From: Oligoflexales bacterium
Lineage (GTDB): Bacteria > Bdellovibrionota_B > Oligoflexia > Oligoflexales > Bog-1112
Length of the DNA: 46,023 nt
Direction of reading: 5' to 3'
Assembly: GCA_045105515.1 (NCBI GenBank)
Contig: JBGCDR010000029.1
Coordinates: 1 to 46,023 of the forward strand
How positions within the stretch are numbered: the stretch's first letter is position 1; each line of letters opens with the position of its first letter. Made by a program: the position numbers and the translations under genes. Below, in pieces: positions 18,743 to 29,097 of the stretch. Under the pieces are notes generated by a model. It worked only from the letters and a program-made list of their open reading frames with translations. It searched no databases and was not told the DNA's origin.

Positions 18743-19267
18743 ATGCTGATTCGAGTTGAAGAGTTAAAAATAGGCAAACCTAAGATTATAGAAATATTAG
18801 GTAGTGAAGATTGGCTCAGCCTAATTTATGAGCAGTTTCGTTCCTCTTATGGTGAAAAATTATCTCCCCTTACTGGGAAGTTTTCGATCAAGCTTCTTGA
18901 TGCTTGTATCCAGGTGGAGGGTAGTTACCAATTTAGCCTTATCCTGAAATGTAGTAGATGTAGCACTTCTTTAGTATGGCCTATCCATGAGAGCCTCAAC
19001 TTGTTTTATTCTTTGCAAGCTGATGATCATTCATCCCGAGAGAGAGATCTTACTAGTAAAGACTTGGATGACTACTTCTTACTCGATAATCAAGTTGATC
19101 TTGAGTCTGTTGTCAATGAATCTGTGCAGCTTTCTTTCCCTCTTAAAGTGAAGTGTGATGAATGTAAAAGTATATGTGAAGATGATGTGGTTTATAGCAG
19201 TGATGAGGAAGGGCAGGAGTCATCCAGCCCCTTTGCTAAGCTACGGGAGTTGAAGCTTTCCGATTAA
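18743..19267 (+). CDS. yceD: YceD/DUF177 family protein
   Basis: CSRC, DLESVVNESVQLSFP, C..C, terminal SPFAKLRELKL. Confidence 0.85.
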   Translation: MLIRVEELKIGKPKIIEILGSEDWLSLIYEQFRSSYGEKLSPLTGKFSIKLLDACIQVEGSYQFSLILKCSRCSTSLVWPIHESLNLFYSLQADDHSSRERDLTSKDLDDYFLLDNQVDLESVVNESVQLSFPLKVKCDECKSICEDDVVYSSDEEGQESSSPFAKLRELKLSD

Positions 19268-19325
19268 TTCCATATAAGTAAGTTGGTTTTACTTCGAATG
19301 CAGTCATGCAGAGAAGTTATTTAAT

Positions 19326-19388
19326 ACACAGGCCCTTCGATGAAAAAAGGTGTGCTTGAGGGCACGGGTAAGGGTCGAGGAAATAACC
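19326..19388 (+). ncRNA. rpsB leader (t44-like cis-regulatory RNA)
   Basis: ACACA-GGCCCTT...GGTGTGC/GCAC...AAGGGTC-GAGG-AAATAACC directly upstream of rpsB, same layout as the t44/S2 leader. Confidence 0.7.
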
Positions 19389-19406
19389 TTTGAAAAGGAA
19401 GATATT

Positions 19407-20198
19407 ATGAGCGTTACAATTAACATGCGTGAATTACTGGAAGCTGGAGTTCATTATGGTCACCAGTGTCGTCGATGGAACCCAAAGATGCGTAAGTACA
19501 TTTTTGGAACAAGGAATGGTATTCATATCATCGACCTCCAGAAAACGGTTCGTTATTTCAAGAAAGCTTGCGAATTTATCGAAGATATAACGGCCAAAGG
19601 CGGTCATATTCTTTTTGTTGGAACTAAGAGGCAGGCTCGTGACATCGTTGCTGACGAAGCAAGACGCTGCGGCATGTACTTCATGAATCACCGGTGGCTT
19701 GGGGGCACTCTCACTAACTACCCAACAATCCGCCAGAGCATCCATCGTTTGAAAAGACTTGAAAAGATGTCTAATGATGGCACTTATGAAAAAATTACGA
19801 AAAAAGAAGCTCTGAACCTTGATCGGGCTAAGTTTAAGTTGGAAAGAAACCTTGGAGGTATTAAGGATATGCCTGGAACTCCAAGGGCAATTTTTATAGC
19901 AGATGCTCACAAAGAGCACATTGCGATAAAAGAAGCGCAGAAGCTTGGGATCCCAATCATTGCCATTACCGATACCAATGCTGATCCTGATGGAATTGAT
20001 TACGTCATTCCGGGCAATGACGATAGTTTGAAGTCTTTACAGCTTTTTGTCAAAACAGTAGCTGAAGCTGTCATTGCGGGCAAAAGCCGTCACCAAAGCG
20101 AAAAGCCAGAAGACGATAAGGCTCCAAGTAGTGCGAAAGAGGGAACTATCTTTGACAAAGAGGGTCACTCAATTAAAGTTATGAAAAAGAAAAGCTAA
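19407..20198 (+). CDS. rpsB: 30S ribosomal protein S2
   Basis: [40 protein letters not shown]; start reassigned to ATG 19407 after AAGGA. Confidence 0.98.
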   Translation: MSVTINMRELLEAGVHYGHQCRRWNPKMRKYIFGTRNGIHIIDLQKTVRYFKKACEFIEDITAKGGHILFVGTKRQARDIVADEARRCGMYFMNHRWLGGTLTNYPTIRQSIHRLKRLEKMSNDGTYEKITKKEALNLDRAKFKLERNLGGIKDMPGTPRAIFIADAHKEHIAIKEAQKLGIPIIAITDTNADPDGIDYVIPGNDDSLKSLQLFVKTVAEAVIAGKSRHQSEKPEDDKAPSSAKEGTIFDKEGHSIKVMKKKS

Positions 20199-20259
20199 TC
20201 GATATATATCGTATTTTGCGGGTAACATCATCTCGATCTTTAAAAAAGGAAAATGACTT

Positions 20260-21156
20260 ATGGCTATCACAGCCGCTCAGGTTAAAGAGTTACGCCAGTC
20301 AACAGGTGTTGGTATGATGGAATGCAAGAAAGCTCTTGTTGAGAATGATGGCGATATGGATAAAGCCATTCGTTGGTTACGTGAAAAAGGGATGGCAAGA
20401 GCAGCTAAAAAGGCTGGTAGAACAGCTGCAGAAGGTATGGTTGAATTTGCTGTTTCAGACTCTAAGAAAGAAGCAGCCATAGTTGAATTGAACTGCGAAA
20501 CTGATTTTGCAGGTAAAAACGAAGACTTTAGGGCTTTTGCGGTTGGCACAACTAAGATCGCTTTGGAACATAAGATTAATGATATTGACGTGTTAAAAGC
20601 AGTAGAATGGAATGGCTCTACTGTGGAGAAGCAGCTAAGTGAACTCATCGCTAAAGTTGGTGAGAACATGAGCTTACGTCGTGTTAGGTATGTATCTACG
20701 GAAGATGGAGTGATCTCTGCCTACAGTCATATGGGTGGAAAAATTGGTACGCTTGTAGTCTTAAGCGGCGATGCATCTGATAAGGCTGTTGAAGTGGGTA
20801 ATGATCTGGCTATGCATGTAGCTGCATCTGCTCCAAAGTACCTCAGTCGAGAGAGTGTTGCTAGTGACGAGTTAGATCAAGAGAAAGAAATTGCTCGCAA
20901 GCGTTTAAAAGAACAAGGCAAGCCAGATGATATCATTGAAAAAGCTCTTATGGGTCAGGTAAGCAAATTTTACGCAGATGTTTGCTTTGTTGATCAACCA
21001 TTTGTCAAAGAACCTAAGCTTAGCGTATCTAAGTACATTAAGCAGGCTGGTGTAAATGCAAGTGTATCATCTTTTGTGCGCTTCCAGTTGGGTGAGGGTA
21101 TAGAAGTCAAACAAGAGAATTTTGCCGAAGAAGTCGCAGCTCAGCTTAAGAAGTAA
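20260..21156 (+). CDS. tsf: Translation elongation factor Ts
   Basis: VKELRQSTGVGMMECKKAL, ELNCETDF, AMHVAA, FVRFQLGEGIE. Confidence 0.98.
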   Translation: MAITAAQVKELRQSTGVGMMECKKALVENDGDMDKAIRWLREKGMARAAKKAGRTAAEGMVEFAVSDSKKEAAIVELNCETDFAGKNEDFRAFAVGTTKIALEHKINDIDVLKAVEWNGSTVEKQLSELIAKVGENMSLRRVRYVSTEDGVISAYSHMGGKIGTLVVLSGDASDKAVEVGNDLAMHVAASAPKYLSRESVASDELDQEKEIARKRLKEQGKPDDIIEKALMGQVSKFYADVCFVDQPFVKEPKLSVSKYIKQAGVNASVSSFVRFQLGEGIEVKQENFAEEVAAQLKK

Positions 21157-21160
21157 GTAA

Positions 21161-21189
21161 AGGCCCCTGCTAAGCAGGGGTTTTTTTTT
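21161..21189 (+). terminator. Rho-independent terminator after tsf
   Basis: CCCCTGC-TAA-GCAGGGG followed by T9. Confidence 0.9.
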
Positions 21190-21215
21190 ATTTAGAGTGT
21201 ACTGTTTGAAACCCT

Positions 21216-21950
21216 GTGGAAAAAGGCTCGAAAGTGACTAAGAAGAAATACTCTCGCATTATGCTCAAGCTATCTGGTGAGATGCTCGGTGGGGAAGAAA
21301 AGGGTGGAATCAATACAAAAGCTATTGAACTGGTTGCTGGAGAAATAGCAACGCTCCATCATAAGAGCATTGAAGTTTCTGTGGTGATCGGTGGAGGAAA
21401 TATTTTTCGAGGCTCACAGGCAGCATCTTTCGGAATGGAAAGAGCTTCGGCAGACTATATGGGGATGTTGGCCACTTGTATCAATGGCCTTGCTCTCCAA
21501 GCAGTACTAGAAACTCAGCATCAAATTCATACCCGCGTTATGACAGCAATTCATATGCCAGAGCTTGCAGAGCCTTACATTCGACGCAAGGCTGTCAAAC
21601 ACCTTGGCTCTAAACGAGTTGTTATTTTTGCTGGTGGCACAGGGAATCCTCTGTTTACCACAGATACAGCAGCAAGTCTGCGGGCTCAAGAAGTAGGTGC
21701 AGAAATAATTTTGAAGGCAACCAAGGTGGATGGGATTTATGATAAAGACCCTCAGGTCTTCAAAGACGCAAAGCGTTATGGTGAGTTGTCCTATTTGGAT
21801 GTAATCTCAAGAAAACTTCAAGTGATGGATGCTACGGCAATAACTATGTGCATGGAAGCAAACCTTCCAATCATGGTTTTTAAGCTTGGTGAACCAGGAA
21901 GTGTTTCTGCAGCTTTAGATGATCCAACCTTAGGCACCATCGTAAGTTAA
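21216..21950 (+). CDS. pyrH: UMP kinase (start may be GTG 21234)
   Basis: LKLSGE, VIGGGNIFRG, ADYMGMLAT, FTTDTAA, KATKVDGIYDKDP. Confidence 0.97.
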   Translation: MEKGSKVTKKKYSRIMLKLSGEMLGGEEKGGINTKAIELVAGEIATLHHKSIEVSVVIGGGNIFRGSQAASFGMERASADYMGMLATCINGLALQAVLETQHQIHTRVMTAIHMPELAEPYIRRKAVKHLGSKRVVIFAGGTGNPLFTTDTAASLRAQEVGAEIILKATKVDGIYDKDPQVFKDAKRYGELSYLDVISRKLQVMDATAITMCMEANLPIMVFKLGEPGSVSAALDDPTLGTIVS

Positions 21951-22006
21951 TTGTTGGATCCTCCTTGGTCCGGCGCCGTTAATATTAATTTTCCCAGAGG
22001 TTATGG

Positions 22007-22561
22007 ATGGACGAATTTGTAAAAGATTGCCAAAAAGCAATGGATAAAAGACTGGATAGTCTTGACCGTGAGTTATCAAAAGTGAGAACTGGTAGAGCAT
22101 CGGTTAATCTTCTTGACGGAGTAAGAATTAACTATTACGGAAATCCAACTCCATTAAATCAAGTAGCCACCCTTTCGACTCCTGACGCCAGAACTATAGT
22201 TATTTCACCATTCGAGAAAAAGCTGATCAGTGATATTGAAAGAGCTATTCAGGTTGCTGACTTAGACATTCAGCCAGTAAATGATGGGAATGTTGTAAGG
22301 CTCGGAGTTCCTCCCCTCAATGAAGAAAGACGTAAGGAAATTGCCAAATCTATCAAAAAAATGGGTGAAGAAGCGAAAGTTGGCATACGTAAAGTGAGGC
22401 AAGATTTTAATTCTAAAATCAAAAAAGGTGAAAAAGCTAAAGAGATTGCCGAAGATGATAGCAAAAAGCTTCAAAAGGATATCCAATCGGAAACCGATGC
22501 CTTTATCAAAAAAATAGATGAGCGGATGACTAAGAAAGAGGAAGAAATATTGACTCTCTAG
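22007..22561 (+). CDS. frr: Ribosome recycling factor
   Basis: VRTGRAS, YYGNPTPLNQVA, PPLNEERRKE. Confidence 0.97.
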   Translation: MDEFVKDCQKAMDKRLDSLDRELSKVRTGRASVNLLDGVRINYYGNPTPLNQVATLSTPDARTIVISPFEKKLISDIERAIQVADLDIQPVNDGNVVRLGVPPLNEERRKEIAKSIKKMGEEAKVGIRKVRQDFNSKIKKGEKAKEIAEDDSKKLQKDIQSETDAFIKKIDERMTKKEEEILTL

Positions 22562-22570
22562 TATTGGTTA

Positions 22571-23737
22571 TTAAATTGCTATTTTTCTTTTCTTAATTCT
22601 TTCGACTAATGTAGTTCTGTTTAAACCAAGTAGTTTTGCTGCTTGGTTTTTATTATTTTTAGTTAGATTTAGTGCTTTAATGATGTAGCTATTTTCTAAT
22701 TCTTCAATATATTTGCTCAGGCAAAAGCTTTGATTTAGATTTAGCAAAGGAAGGCTTGGACTAGTCTCATTGTTTCCAATTACCTGCCTATTATAGTTTG
22801 AATCTATTGCCTCTTCAGTGGTTTCTACTTTTTGGGGCAATTCTTCTCTGACTACTTTTTCGTCTTGCGTCTTGAACTCTTTAGGCAGAGAGCTAATTCC
22901 TAGGCGACCTCCACCATTGATAATAATTAGACGCTCAACCAGGTTTTGAAGTTGTCGAATGTTTCCTGGCCAGTCGTATTGACAGAGGAGTTCTTTAGCT
23001 TCGTCATCGATCCACCCAGGTTCGCTGTGAGGGTGTAATCGATTGCTGTGTTCGACAAAATGATCCAGCAATACACTAATGTCCTGTCTTCGCTCTCTAA
23101 GAGGGGGAATGTTTAAAGGAAGGACATTAAGCCTGTAATACAAGTCTAAGCGGAAGTTTTGCTCTTTAACAGCCTTTTCTAAATTTATATTCGTAGCTGC
23201 AATGATTCTTATATCGGCACTTACCGATTCCCTTCCTCCAATAGGAGTAAAGGTTTTTTCCTGAAGAACCCTGAGTAGTTTGGCCTGAAGTCTTAGGGGC
23301 ATGTCACCAATTTCATCTAAGAATGCGGTTCCATTGTTTGCTGCAGCAAAATGACCGATTCTTTTCTTATCAGCTCCTGTAAACGCCCCTTTTTCATGAC
23401 CAAACAACTCCGCTTCCAGCAGGTTTTCTGGAATAGCGCTGCAGTTGATGGCCATAAAGCATTTATTGCTGCGAGGGGAAAGTCGATGGATTGCAGAAGC
23501 TATGAGCTCCTTTCCTGTGCCACTTTCGCCCAATATCAGTACTGAGCTATGTGACCGGGCTACTTTGTATACCGTACTCAATAGCTGTTCCATTACTTCA
23601 CTTTTGAAGATAATTTCAGGAAACAGCTCTTTGTGGTTTAAGGGGTTACCATGAATATTATCAAGGTTTCCCCACAGACCTTGGCGTTCCAGCCTACTAC
23701 GTTCTTTTGAATTTAAATCGAACTTTCTATGATCCAT
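22571..23737 (-). CDS. Sigma54-dependent AAA+ transcriptional activator (Fis-type HTH) without an N-terminal receiver
   Basis: GESGTGKE, ELFGHEKGAFTGA, FLDEIG, WPGNIRQL, AAKLLGLNRTTLVE. Confidence 0.93.
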   Translation of the reverse strand: MDHRKFDLNSKERSRLERQGLWGNLDNIHGNPLNHKELFPEIIFKSEVMEQLLSTVYKVARSHSSVLILGESGTGKELIASAIHRLSPRSNKCFMAINCSAIPENLLEAELFGHEKGAFTGADKKRIGHFAAANNGTAFLDEIGDMPLRLQAKLLRVLQEKTFTPIGGRESVSADIRIIAATNINLEKAVKEQNFRLDLYYRLNVLPLNIPPLRERRQDISVLLDHFVEHSNRLHPHSEPGWIDDEAKELLCQYDWPGNIRQLQNLVERLIIINGGGRLGISSLPKEFKTQDEKVVREELPQKVETTEEAIDSNYNRQVIGNNETSPSLPLLNLNQSFCLSKYIEELENSYIIKALNLTKNNKNQAAKLLGLNRTTLVERIKKRKIAI

Positions 23738-24042
23738 AGAATTCCAGTCACTCCAAAACTCTTATCCTATTGATCTTAATTTGCTAAATATGGAAAACTG
23801 ACAGTGCAGCGATAGTTTACCAAGAGTGAGGTCTCAAGCAATCTATTGTTGTAATTCTTTGGCTTTGAGGGCTTCTATAAATAATAATAGCGTAAAAAAA
23901 GCTTGAGGTGCAAACCCTTGCAAAATCTAAAATAATAATAAAATAAAGGTAGGAGTTGTTAACCCAAAATTATGATTTAGTTTTTTGCTTAATTGCATTA
24001 ATAAATCCTGAGAAAATGTAAATTAGGAAGGATTAGTAAGAA

Positions 24043-25149
24043 TTGAAAGTCGCAATAGTACATGATTGGCTTATAAGTTATCGAGGCGGGGAGAAGGTTT
24101 TAGAGGCTATTGCAAGTCTATTTCCTGAAGCACCTATTTATACTTTATTTTACGACCCAAGGCGGATGCCGAATTCGATTAATGAACGATGTATCAAATA
24201 TCCGAAATCTTTAAACATCTTGTCACCTATACGCAAGGCTTTGTTGCCGATATTGCCAGCCATGATAGAGTCTCTCAAACTTTGGGATTTTGACTTAATT
24301 ATTAGTACTTCTTCTTGTGTCGCTAAAGGGGTAATTCCAGGCCCTTATGCTAAGCATGTCTGCTACTTGCATTCGCCCATGAGGTATATCTGGGATCAGC
24401 AGGAGGAATACTTATCGCAATTTGAACAGGTACCAGGTATAAAATCCGTGGTACGTTTTGCCTCGGTTAAGCTGAGGTTATGGGATACCGTGAGTTCAAG
24501 CCGAGTTGATAAATTTTTGGTAAATTCCTCTTTCGTTGCAAATCGAGTAGGGCGCTACTACGGAAGACAAAGCAAGATTTTGCACCCGCCTATAAATATC
24601 GATTTTTTTCAAGCTTCTGATGATCAGGCTAAAGGAGGATATTTTCTCGCTGCAGGTGCCCTTGTCCACTATAAAAGGTTCGATCTAGCCATTCATGCAT
24701 GCGAACGCTTGGGAAAAAAGCTCGTTATTGCAGGTAAAGGGGAGATGGAAAAAAAATTACGAAGAATCGCTGGACGTTATACAAAGTTTGAAATTGCTCC
24801 CGACGACAATAAATGGAAAAAATTATTACAGCAAGCAGAAGGCTTGATTTTTCCTGGTGTTGAAGATTTTGGAATGATTGCCATCGAGGCTATGGCATGC
24901 GGCACGCCTGTGATAGCCTATGAAAATGGTGGGGCTTTAGACTTCATCAAACCAGGAATTACGGGAACTTTTTTTACTGAGCAAAGTGTTGAAGCTCTTA
25001 CGGGTGCTATCGAAAATTTTAAGGCTAGCGATTTTAACCAGGGTAAAATAGTAGAGTTTGCTGGAAGGTTCAACCAGGAGCGTTTTAAGCAAGATTTCTT
25101 CAAAGAAATTGAACATACTTTGAAAAGGGAAGTTGAGAAAATTGAGTAA
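24043..25149 (+). CDS. Glycosyltransferase family 4
   Basis: KVAIVHDWL..RGGE, YLHSPMRYIW, EDFGMIAIEAMACGTPVI. Confidence 0.93.
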   Translation: MKVAIVHDWLISYRGGEKVLEAIASLFPEAPIYTLFYDPRRMPNSINERCIKYPKSLNILSPIRKALLPILPAMIESLKLWDFDLIISTSSCVAKGVIPGPYAKHVCYLHSPMRYIWDQQEEYLSQFEQVPGIKSVVRFASVKLRLWDTVSSSRVDKFLVNSSFVANRVGRYYGRQSKILHPPINIDFFQASDDQAKGGYFLAAGALVHYKRFDLAIHACERLGKKLVIAGKGEMEKKLRRIAGRYTKFEIAPDDNKWKKLLQQAEGLIFPGVEDFGMIAIEAMACGTPVIAYENGGALDFIKPGITGTFFTEQSVEALTGAIENFKASDFNQGKIVEFAGRFNQERFKQDFFKEIEHTLKREVEKIE

Positions 25150-26560
25150 TAAGAATCAAAAAGTAATTGTTTTTTTGACGACCTTAATCGATCTGGTACT
25201 CGTATCGTTAGCGTGGATTGCCGCGTTTTATATTAGATTTTATAGTTTTGTACCGATATCTAAAGGTATTCCCAATTTTGGATTATATTTAAAACTTGTT
25301 CCATTTGTCGTAATCATTTGGTTTACAATGTTCACCGCATCAGGTCTCTATAAGAGGACCAGATTAAGGCGTAGTGCTATTATTGAAGGTGTCGATATTT
25401 TACAAAATTGTATTTTTGCGACATTGGCATTTATTGCTGTGACCTTTTTTTATCACGAATATAGATACTCAAGATTAACACTCGTCATATTTGCATTTTT
25501 TCATCCCTTGTTTTTGCTCGTGGGTAGAAGTTTTATAAGGAAAGGTCTTCGTTACTATAGGAAAAGATCTCCTAAACGTAAGGTCTTAGTTATCGGTAGT
25601 GGAGAGAATATCGAAAACGCTTGTTCAATCATTAAAGATAGTTACATAGAAGAGACAGCAATAACCGGGGCAATTATAGTTGGAGCAGATAGGCAGCAGA
25701 GCATAGCAAAAAAAATATGTAAAGATAAAAATATTCCAATATTTGAGTTTCCTGAGAAATGGACTTCTTTCTTTATTGAGTACCCTTGTGAATCTGTTGT
25801 CATCGCACTGCCTCACCAGTATCATGATTTTTTAGACAGTCACCTTGTTCAAATAGCTGAACAAGTTACTAATATTAAAATGTTACCAGACCTTAATCGT
25901 TTTACTAAGTTTGGGGCTGGTGTTGATATAGTGAAAAAGCATCCGGTGATCAGCATTCATGAAAGCCCTTTACAAGGTTTAGGCGTGATTGGTAAGAGGG
26001 TCGTCGACTTTTTTGGTGCGATCTTGTCCTTATTATTTTTTAGTCCTTTAATGTTTACAATAGCAGCAATTATAAAATTCTCTTCAAAAGGGCCCGTGTT
26101 TTTTAAGCAAGATAGAATGGGTCTGGATGGTCATGTTTTCTCCATCTTAAAATTTAGGTCTATGCCAATAAACGTTGAAAATAAAACAGGAGCGGTCTGG
26201 GCAAAAAATGGAGACGATAGGCCAACAATTTTTGGTTCATTCTTGCGCAAGACAAGTCTCGATGAGCTTCCCCAATTGCTTAATGTTCTTTCTGGAGATA
26301 TGTCCTTGGTTGGTCCACGACCTGAACGACCAGTTTTTGTCAATAAGTTTAGGCATGATGTTCCAGGATATATGCTTAGGCATAAAGTTAAAGCTGGTAT
26401 GACAGGATGGGCACAAGTTAATGGGTGGAGAGGGAATACAAGTATCGATAAGAGAATCGAATGTGATCTATATTATATCCAGAACTGGTCACTTTGGCTT
26501 GATATCAAGATTTTATTTCTGACCGTTCTAAGAGGCTTTATTCATCCTAATGCTTATTGA
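25133..26560 (+). CDS. wcaJ: Undecaprenyl-phosphate glucose phosphotransferase (WcaJ-like initiating transferase)
   Basis: N-terminal TMs, KFRSM, RKTSLDELPQLLNV, SLVGPRPE, GMTGWAQVNG, DLYYIQNWSLWLD. Confidence 0.92.
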   Translation: MRKLSNKNQKVIVFLTTLIDLVLVSLAWIAAFYIRFYSFVPISKGIPNFGLYLKLVPFVVIIWFTMFTASGLYKRTRLRRSAIIEGVDILQNCIFATLAFIAVTFFYHEYRYSRLTLVIFAFFHPLFLLVGRSFIRKGLRYYRKRSPKRKVLVIGSGENIENACSIIKDSYIEETAITGAIIVGADRQQSIAKKICKDKNIPIFEFPEKWTSFFIEYPCESVVIALPHQYHDFLDSHLVQIAEQVTNIKMLPDLNRFTKFGAGVDIVKKHPVISIHESPLQGLGVIGKRVVDFFGAILSLLFFSPLMFTIAAIIKFSSKGPVFFKQDRMGLDGHVFSILKFRSMPINVENKTGAVWAKNGDDRPTIFGSFLRKTSLDELPQLLNVLSGDMSLVGPRPERPVFVNKFRHDVPGYMLRHKVKAGMTGWAQVNGWRGNTSIDKRIECDLYYIQNWSLWLDIKILFLTVLRGFIHPNAY

Positions 26561-26976
26561 TCATCTTCACCGAGCCTCTGTGTTGAAATAGAAATGAATG
26601 AGATTCCTTTAGCTAGTAGAGTATGAATTCTTCCCTTTGAGTTTCATATTTTACCCTGCTGCAGAAATTTAATTTACAAAATATCGGTTTTTGAGTTTTA
26701 TCGCTCATAGGTATTTTTTTAGTTCTAACTTGAACCTAAGTTATTTCATCAAATTTAGTATTTTGTAATAAAGCTAAAAATTGTCCATTATTTTGGGTGA
26801 AAGAGCCGTCGGTAATTTTACCTACTTATTTATCTGCATTGTCTGATTTTTAGGTTTTTTTTAAGATATAAGTAAGACACTGTATAATTTCTATCAGTCA
26901 TCCAAAATAGAGTCTCTTTTCGAACAGGAAGTATTTTGGGTATTAACTTCACATTATTGGTTCTTGGGAGTGCTGT

Positions 26977-27693
26977 ATGACCATGGAAGGAGATCCCGAA
27001 TATATTATTGTATTGGATGATGACCCGATGATAGAAAAGATTATCGGAAGCGCAACTGGTAAGCCTACCCAAAATTTTGATTCGATTAAATCTCTTGAAT
27101 CTCAAGTTGATAGTCTAAATCCAATAGCATTATTTGTTGATGTACATTTAGGGTTAAAAGAAAGTGGCTTAGATATTCTTCCGAGCTTAAAGATTAAATG
27201 GCCTTTTGCACCTATCATTGTAATTACAAATGATAGGGATGAAAACGCTGTTGGAGATGCTTTAGCTGCAGGTGCTGATGATTTTATTTACAAGCCGATT
27301 AATGCTAAAGAACTCGTTGCTAGGCTTCAAGCTAGGCTGGGAGAACTTGCTAAAAGAGAAGCCCGCGAAGTAATTAAAATAGGTGATGTAACTGTTGATA
27401 CTGCTCATCGAGTCATTGCAAATTTGGATGGTCATCACCGGTATCTTTCTCCGACAGAGATGAATCTGCTAACATGTTTGCTTGATGCTCATGGTACTGT
27501 CGTGAGGCGGGATGCAATGAAACGCAAATGTTGGGGGCAAATTTATGTAAGCGATAACGCTTTAAATCGGAAGCTTCACGAAGTAAGACGAGCACTGAAA
27601 GAGATAAGTCAAATTGTGACAATTCGGACAATTTATGGAACAGGATTTGTGCTGGAAGTGAAAGAAAAAACAGCTGCAAAAAAGGGAGCTTAA
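26977..27693 (+). CDS. OmpR/PhoB-family response regulator
   Basis: Receiver (VLDDD, FVD, GADDFIYKP) plus winged-helix C-terminus (LSPTEMNLL, IRTIYGTGF). Confidence 0.9.
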   Translation: MTMEGDPEYIIVLDDDPMIEKIIGSATGKPTQNFDSIKSLESQVDSLNPIALFVDVHLGLKESGLDILPSLKIKWPFAPIIVITNDRDENAVGDALAAGADDFIYKPINAKELVARLQARLGELAKREAREVIKIGDVTVDTAHRVIANLDGHHRYLSPTEMNLLTCLLDAHGTVVRRDAMKRKCWGQIYVSDNALNRKLHEVRRALKEISQIVTIRTIYGTGFVLEVKEKTAAKKGA

Positions 27694-27724
27694 TTCCCAG
27701 CTTTGTGCAGCAGAGGAGATTCAA

Positions 27725-28111
27725 TTGACTGATGAATTAAAAATAATTGATGAAAGTCAATTAGAGGCACTGAGAGAGTTAAACGAACCAGGAGAAGATG
27801 ATATTGTCACTGAATTGATCGATATTTTTATTTCTCATAGTCCTCAAACCCTTGACTTGCTTAAAGAGAGTATTCTGAAGCAAGATCGTCAAAATATAAA
27901 CAAACTTGCGCATAAACTGAAGGGAAGCTGCTCGAATTTAGGGGCAGAATTAATGCGAAATCATTGTCAATTTCTAGAAGAAAATGCAGAAACTCTGGAT
28001 TGGGAAGAGGTCAATAATCGATCAGAGGAAATAGAAAAAGCTTACCATCAAGTCGTTGATATTTTGGAAAAAAAATGGCGTAAGCCTTGTGGTCTAGTCA
28101 AAGAAAATTAG
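27725..28111 (+). CDS. Stand-alone Hpt phosphotransfer protein
   Basis: LAHKLKGSCSNLGA motif; GAGGAG SD before TTG. Confidence 0.9.
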   Translation: MTDELKIIDESQLEALRELNEPGEDDIVTELIDIFISHSPQTLDLLKESILKQDRQNINKLAHKLKGSCSNLGAELMRNHCQFLEENAETLDWEEVNNRSEEIEKAYHQVVDILEKKWRKPCGLVKEN

Positions 28112-28116
28112 ACCTA

Positions 28117-29097
28117 TCAATTGATTGGCTTATATAAAGCCTCGTGCCCGGATACCAGCTCCGTTTCGTGAATTTGTTCATTCTGACTAGCAACTTTAGC
28201 TGCTTGTAGCCGCTCAAATTCTTCATCTGCCTCCTTGGGATAGTGTTTAACGTCACTGACCAGTCCGAAATACTCGAGGATGCATACAATGCTATAAGTT
28301 ATGTCTATTTCCCACCAGCGGTAGCGCGCTGGACAAACATTTGCAAAGCGATGATGATTATTATGCCAACCCTCACCCCAGGTTAAAATGGCAACCCACC
28401 AGGTATTAACGGCTAAATCGTTGCTGGCAAAGTTTCTGTAGCCCCATTTATGGGTGGCACTATTGACTAGCCAGGTTGTGTGGTAAACTGCGACAAGCCT
28501 AAGAAAAATACCCCATAAGACCCAAGATGCCCCCCCCGCAAATAAAAGAATAAAACCAAGAATTATCTGACAAAAAATCATCACATTGATGTGGGAAAGG
28601 AAGAGAAGCCAAGGGTTTGCTAGAATATCTTTCGTATTTTTTGCCATCTTTTCTTGGTTTCTATTAGCATCAAGTTGAAAAAGCCAACCCCAATGACTGT
28701 ACCAAAATCCTCTACGAGCATTATGAGGGTCGCGTGGTGTGTCAGAACCTTGGTGATGGAGACGGTGATGAGACACCCATTGCTGAACCGTACCTTGGAG
28801 CGCTAGGGTTCCCATCAAGGCTGTGAATCCTTCGACAAGAGGATGCGCTTTAAAGCTTCGATGCGACAAAAGGCGATGAAAGCAGAAAGTGATTCCAAGG
28901 CACCCAGTAGCAAAGTAGAGTCCAAGGAACCAAAAAAAACCACCCCAAGAAAAATTCCAAAAAGCGAACAAAGCAATTACGTGAATAGTAATCATCCAAA
29001 TAATGGTGAACCAGTCAGCTTCAGATTTTTCGATTCTTTGTTGATCTTGATTACTTTGATGCCTTTTTTGGTACATAGATATCATGTTGTTTTTCAT
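28117..29097 (-). CDS. Delta-9 acyl-lipid/acyl-CoA fatty acid desaturase
   Basis: His boxes HRLLSH, HHRLHH, WHNNHH; LVNSATH; TM segments. Confidence 0.95.
   Translation of the reverse strand: MKNNMISMYQKRHQSNQDQQRIEKSEADWFTIIWMITIHVIALFAFWNFSWGGFFWFLGLYFATGCLGITFCFHRLLSHRSFKAHPLVEGFTALMGTLALQGTVQQWVSHHRLHHQGSDTPRDPHNARRGFWYSHWGWLFQLDANRNQEKMAKNTKDILANPWLLFLSHINVMIFCQIILGFILLFAGGASWVLWGIFLRLVAVYHTTWLVNSATHKWGYRNFASNDLAVNTWWVAILTWGEGWHNNHHRFANVCPARYRWWEIDITYSIVCILEYFGLVSDVKHYPKEADEEFERLQAAKVASQNEQIHETELVSGHEALYKPIN

Noticed and set aside
19350..19406. N-terminal extension of RpsB in the ORF track
   Set aside because: Overlaps the t44-like leader; ATG 19407 has an SD and matches the normal S2 start
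22571..23737. Naming the activator fleQ
   Set aside because: No N-terminal FleQ domain, and the LFRS and ExxxR c-di-GMP motifs are not evident
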